Source: a virus
Length of the DNA stretch: 64,000 nucleotides
Direction: 5' to 3' (one strand)
Virus record (IMG/VR): IMGVR_UViG_3300020413_000006
Coordinates: 1-64,000 of that record
A program made the position numbers and the translations under genes. The notes under the pieces are model-generated. The model searched no databases. It had not been told where the DNA came from and saw nothing but the letters and a program-made list of their open reading frames with translations. Of this stretch, positions 63,142 through 64,000 are shown one piece after another (the first letter of the stretch is position 1; the number at the start of each line of letters is the position of its first letter).

Positions 63142-63605
63142 GTACAAACATATCCTACAACATTGTCTGGTAGACCATCTAATCTTACCATGTCTTCTAT
63201 CTTATCTGCATACATCAATACCTTATCAATACGCTCTTGCATATTCACTGCTATCTTCTCTTTCTTCCACTTAGTGTATGCTTCCTTCTGACACCAGAGA
63301 CTATAGAAGGTCTCTTTGTTGTCTGTAACTTCGTGAATGTCAAAGTATCTCTTAGTTATCTTCTCAAAAGGACGTTCTTTCATATATTCAATATCTACAC
63401 CAACGTTCTTTGTGGATACTGCAACTACTGTATGACTATCAGTGTCTGACTTGTTCCAATATATCTGTACAGGTTTCTTACAGTTCAACGTATAGTTCGG
63501 TAAGAAATCTTTGATGGCGGTTTTGACTAGGTTATCAGTAGACGCAATCGTATTACTGTAAAGGTATACTGAGGTGGTTTTGTTGGAAAAAATCTTAGAG
63601 GGCAT
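63138..63605 (-). CDS. 4'-phosphopantetheinyl transferase, Sfp/HetI-type (short)
   Basis: NVGVDIE and FYSLWCQKEAYTK match the (I/V)G(V/I)D.E and W..KEA..K PPTase motifs, with ITKRYF between. Start ATG 63605 preferred; GTG 63635 possible. Confidence 0.85.
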   Translation of the reverse strand: MPSKIFSNKTTSVYLYSNTIASTDNLVKTAIKDFLPNYTLNCKKPVQIYWNKSDTDSHTVVAVSTKNVGVDIEYMKERPFEKITKRYFDIHEVTDNKETFYSLWCQKEAYTKWKKEKIAVNMQERIDKVLMYADKIEDMVRLDGLPDNVVGYVCT

Positions 63606-63720
63606 TTTTTGGAAAAAAAATATTTTTAATATCACGCTCGCGGATGCAAGACTTTATAGATTAGCTGCTCTGGGACTCCTTAAACGGCATACGGGGGGGC
63701 GACGCTGTTTTAAGAGTGGT

Positions 63721-63832
63721 GATGCAAGAGGTTCGACTTAAAAGCGATTAGTGAACGCTACCCTTGCCTTGCATCGGTGTGTGGTCTTACATAGATTGAT
63801 ATCCTTTAACGCATGGACTCTCACCATGCCCA
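63721..63832 (-). other. Structured intergenic element (two stem-loops; candidate ncRNA / cis-regulatory RNA)
   Basis: GATGCAAG/CTTGCATC 8-bp stem enclosing GGGT/ACCT and AGCG/CGCT helices; separate GCATGG/CCATGC hairpin inside ATTGAT/ATCAAT. Confidence 0.45.
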
Positions 63833-63847
63833 ATCAATGCCACGTTA

Positions 63848-64000
63848 TCAGAATGGACAGTCTTCGGGGACTGTGTACTGTGGACTGTCCCCACTCATCC
63901 ACGCTGCTCGCTGGTCGTCTTGCCACTCAAGGTGAGCAACACGCTTGAGCATCTCATCTACGTGAACACGCTCTAGCATCTGTGTGTATGTTAGGTCATG
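63848..64000 (-). CDS. Partial hypothetical protein (3' end only)
   Basis: Open frame from window edge: ...HDLTYTQMLERVHVDEMLKRVAHLEWQDDQRAAWMSGDSPQYTVPEDCPF-stop at 63848. Confidence 0.55.
   Translation of the reverse strand, partial: HDLTYTQMLERVHVDEMLKRVAHLEWQDDQRAAWMSGDSPQYTVPEDCPF

Noticed and set aside
63700-63840. tRNA or known ribozyme in the structured intergenic region (contains GGTTCGA)
   Set aside because: GGTTCGACT is present but no T-stem, acceptor stem or cloverleaf can be built, and no hammerhead/twister core was found.
63853-63893. GGACAGTC/GACTGTCC inverted repeats as a terminator
   Set aside because: Lies inside the last codons of a partial ORF and lacks a U-tract on either strand; could be a protein-binding site but cannot be supported from one copy.
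197-63948. The many plus-strand ORFs of 60-202 aa in the track (e.g. 36896-37504, 30218-30610, 60529-60924)
   Set aside because: All lie antisense to long, motif-bearing minus-strand genes; their Val/Pro/Ser/Leu-rich composition is the expected shadow of Thr/Gly/Asn-rich coding; no start signals or motifs.

Overview
This window is the virion-structure region of a large T4-like marine cyanophage (Kyanoviridae-like; host and exact phage not identifiable from sequence alone). Every credible gene is on the minus strand. Reading in the direction of transcription (right to left): a structured intergenic region, an Sfp-type 4'-phosphopantetheinyl transferase, several small ORFs behind a perfect sigma70 promoter, a PAAR spike-tip protein, gp25, gp6, a giant 4261-aa gp7-like baseplate protein, gp8, a DUF4815/VrlC-like protein, a cluster of fibre proteins (558, 2426 and 3459 aa), a Gly-rich adhesin/beta-propeller cassette coupled to a U32-family Fe-S protein fused to a SAM methyltransferase and a 2OG-Fe(II) oxygenase, a 1962-aa subtilisin/Ig/cupredoxin protein, then gp13, gp14, gp15 and gp16. 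T4-type late promoters (NATAAATA) punctuate the region. The most striking observation is six helical domains, three in the gp7-like protein and three in the 3459-aa fibre, that by eye align with phycobiliprotein subunits, including Cys residues at the positions of the beta-82/84 and beta-153/155 bilin attachment sites. Many domains in these giant proteins are nested inside one another. All family assignments are from motif recognition by eye; no database search was run. No tRNA, rRNA, CRISPR array or mobile element was seen.
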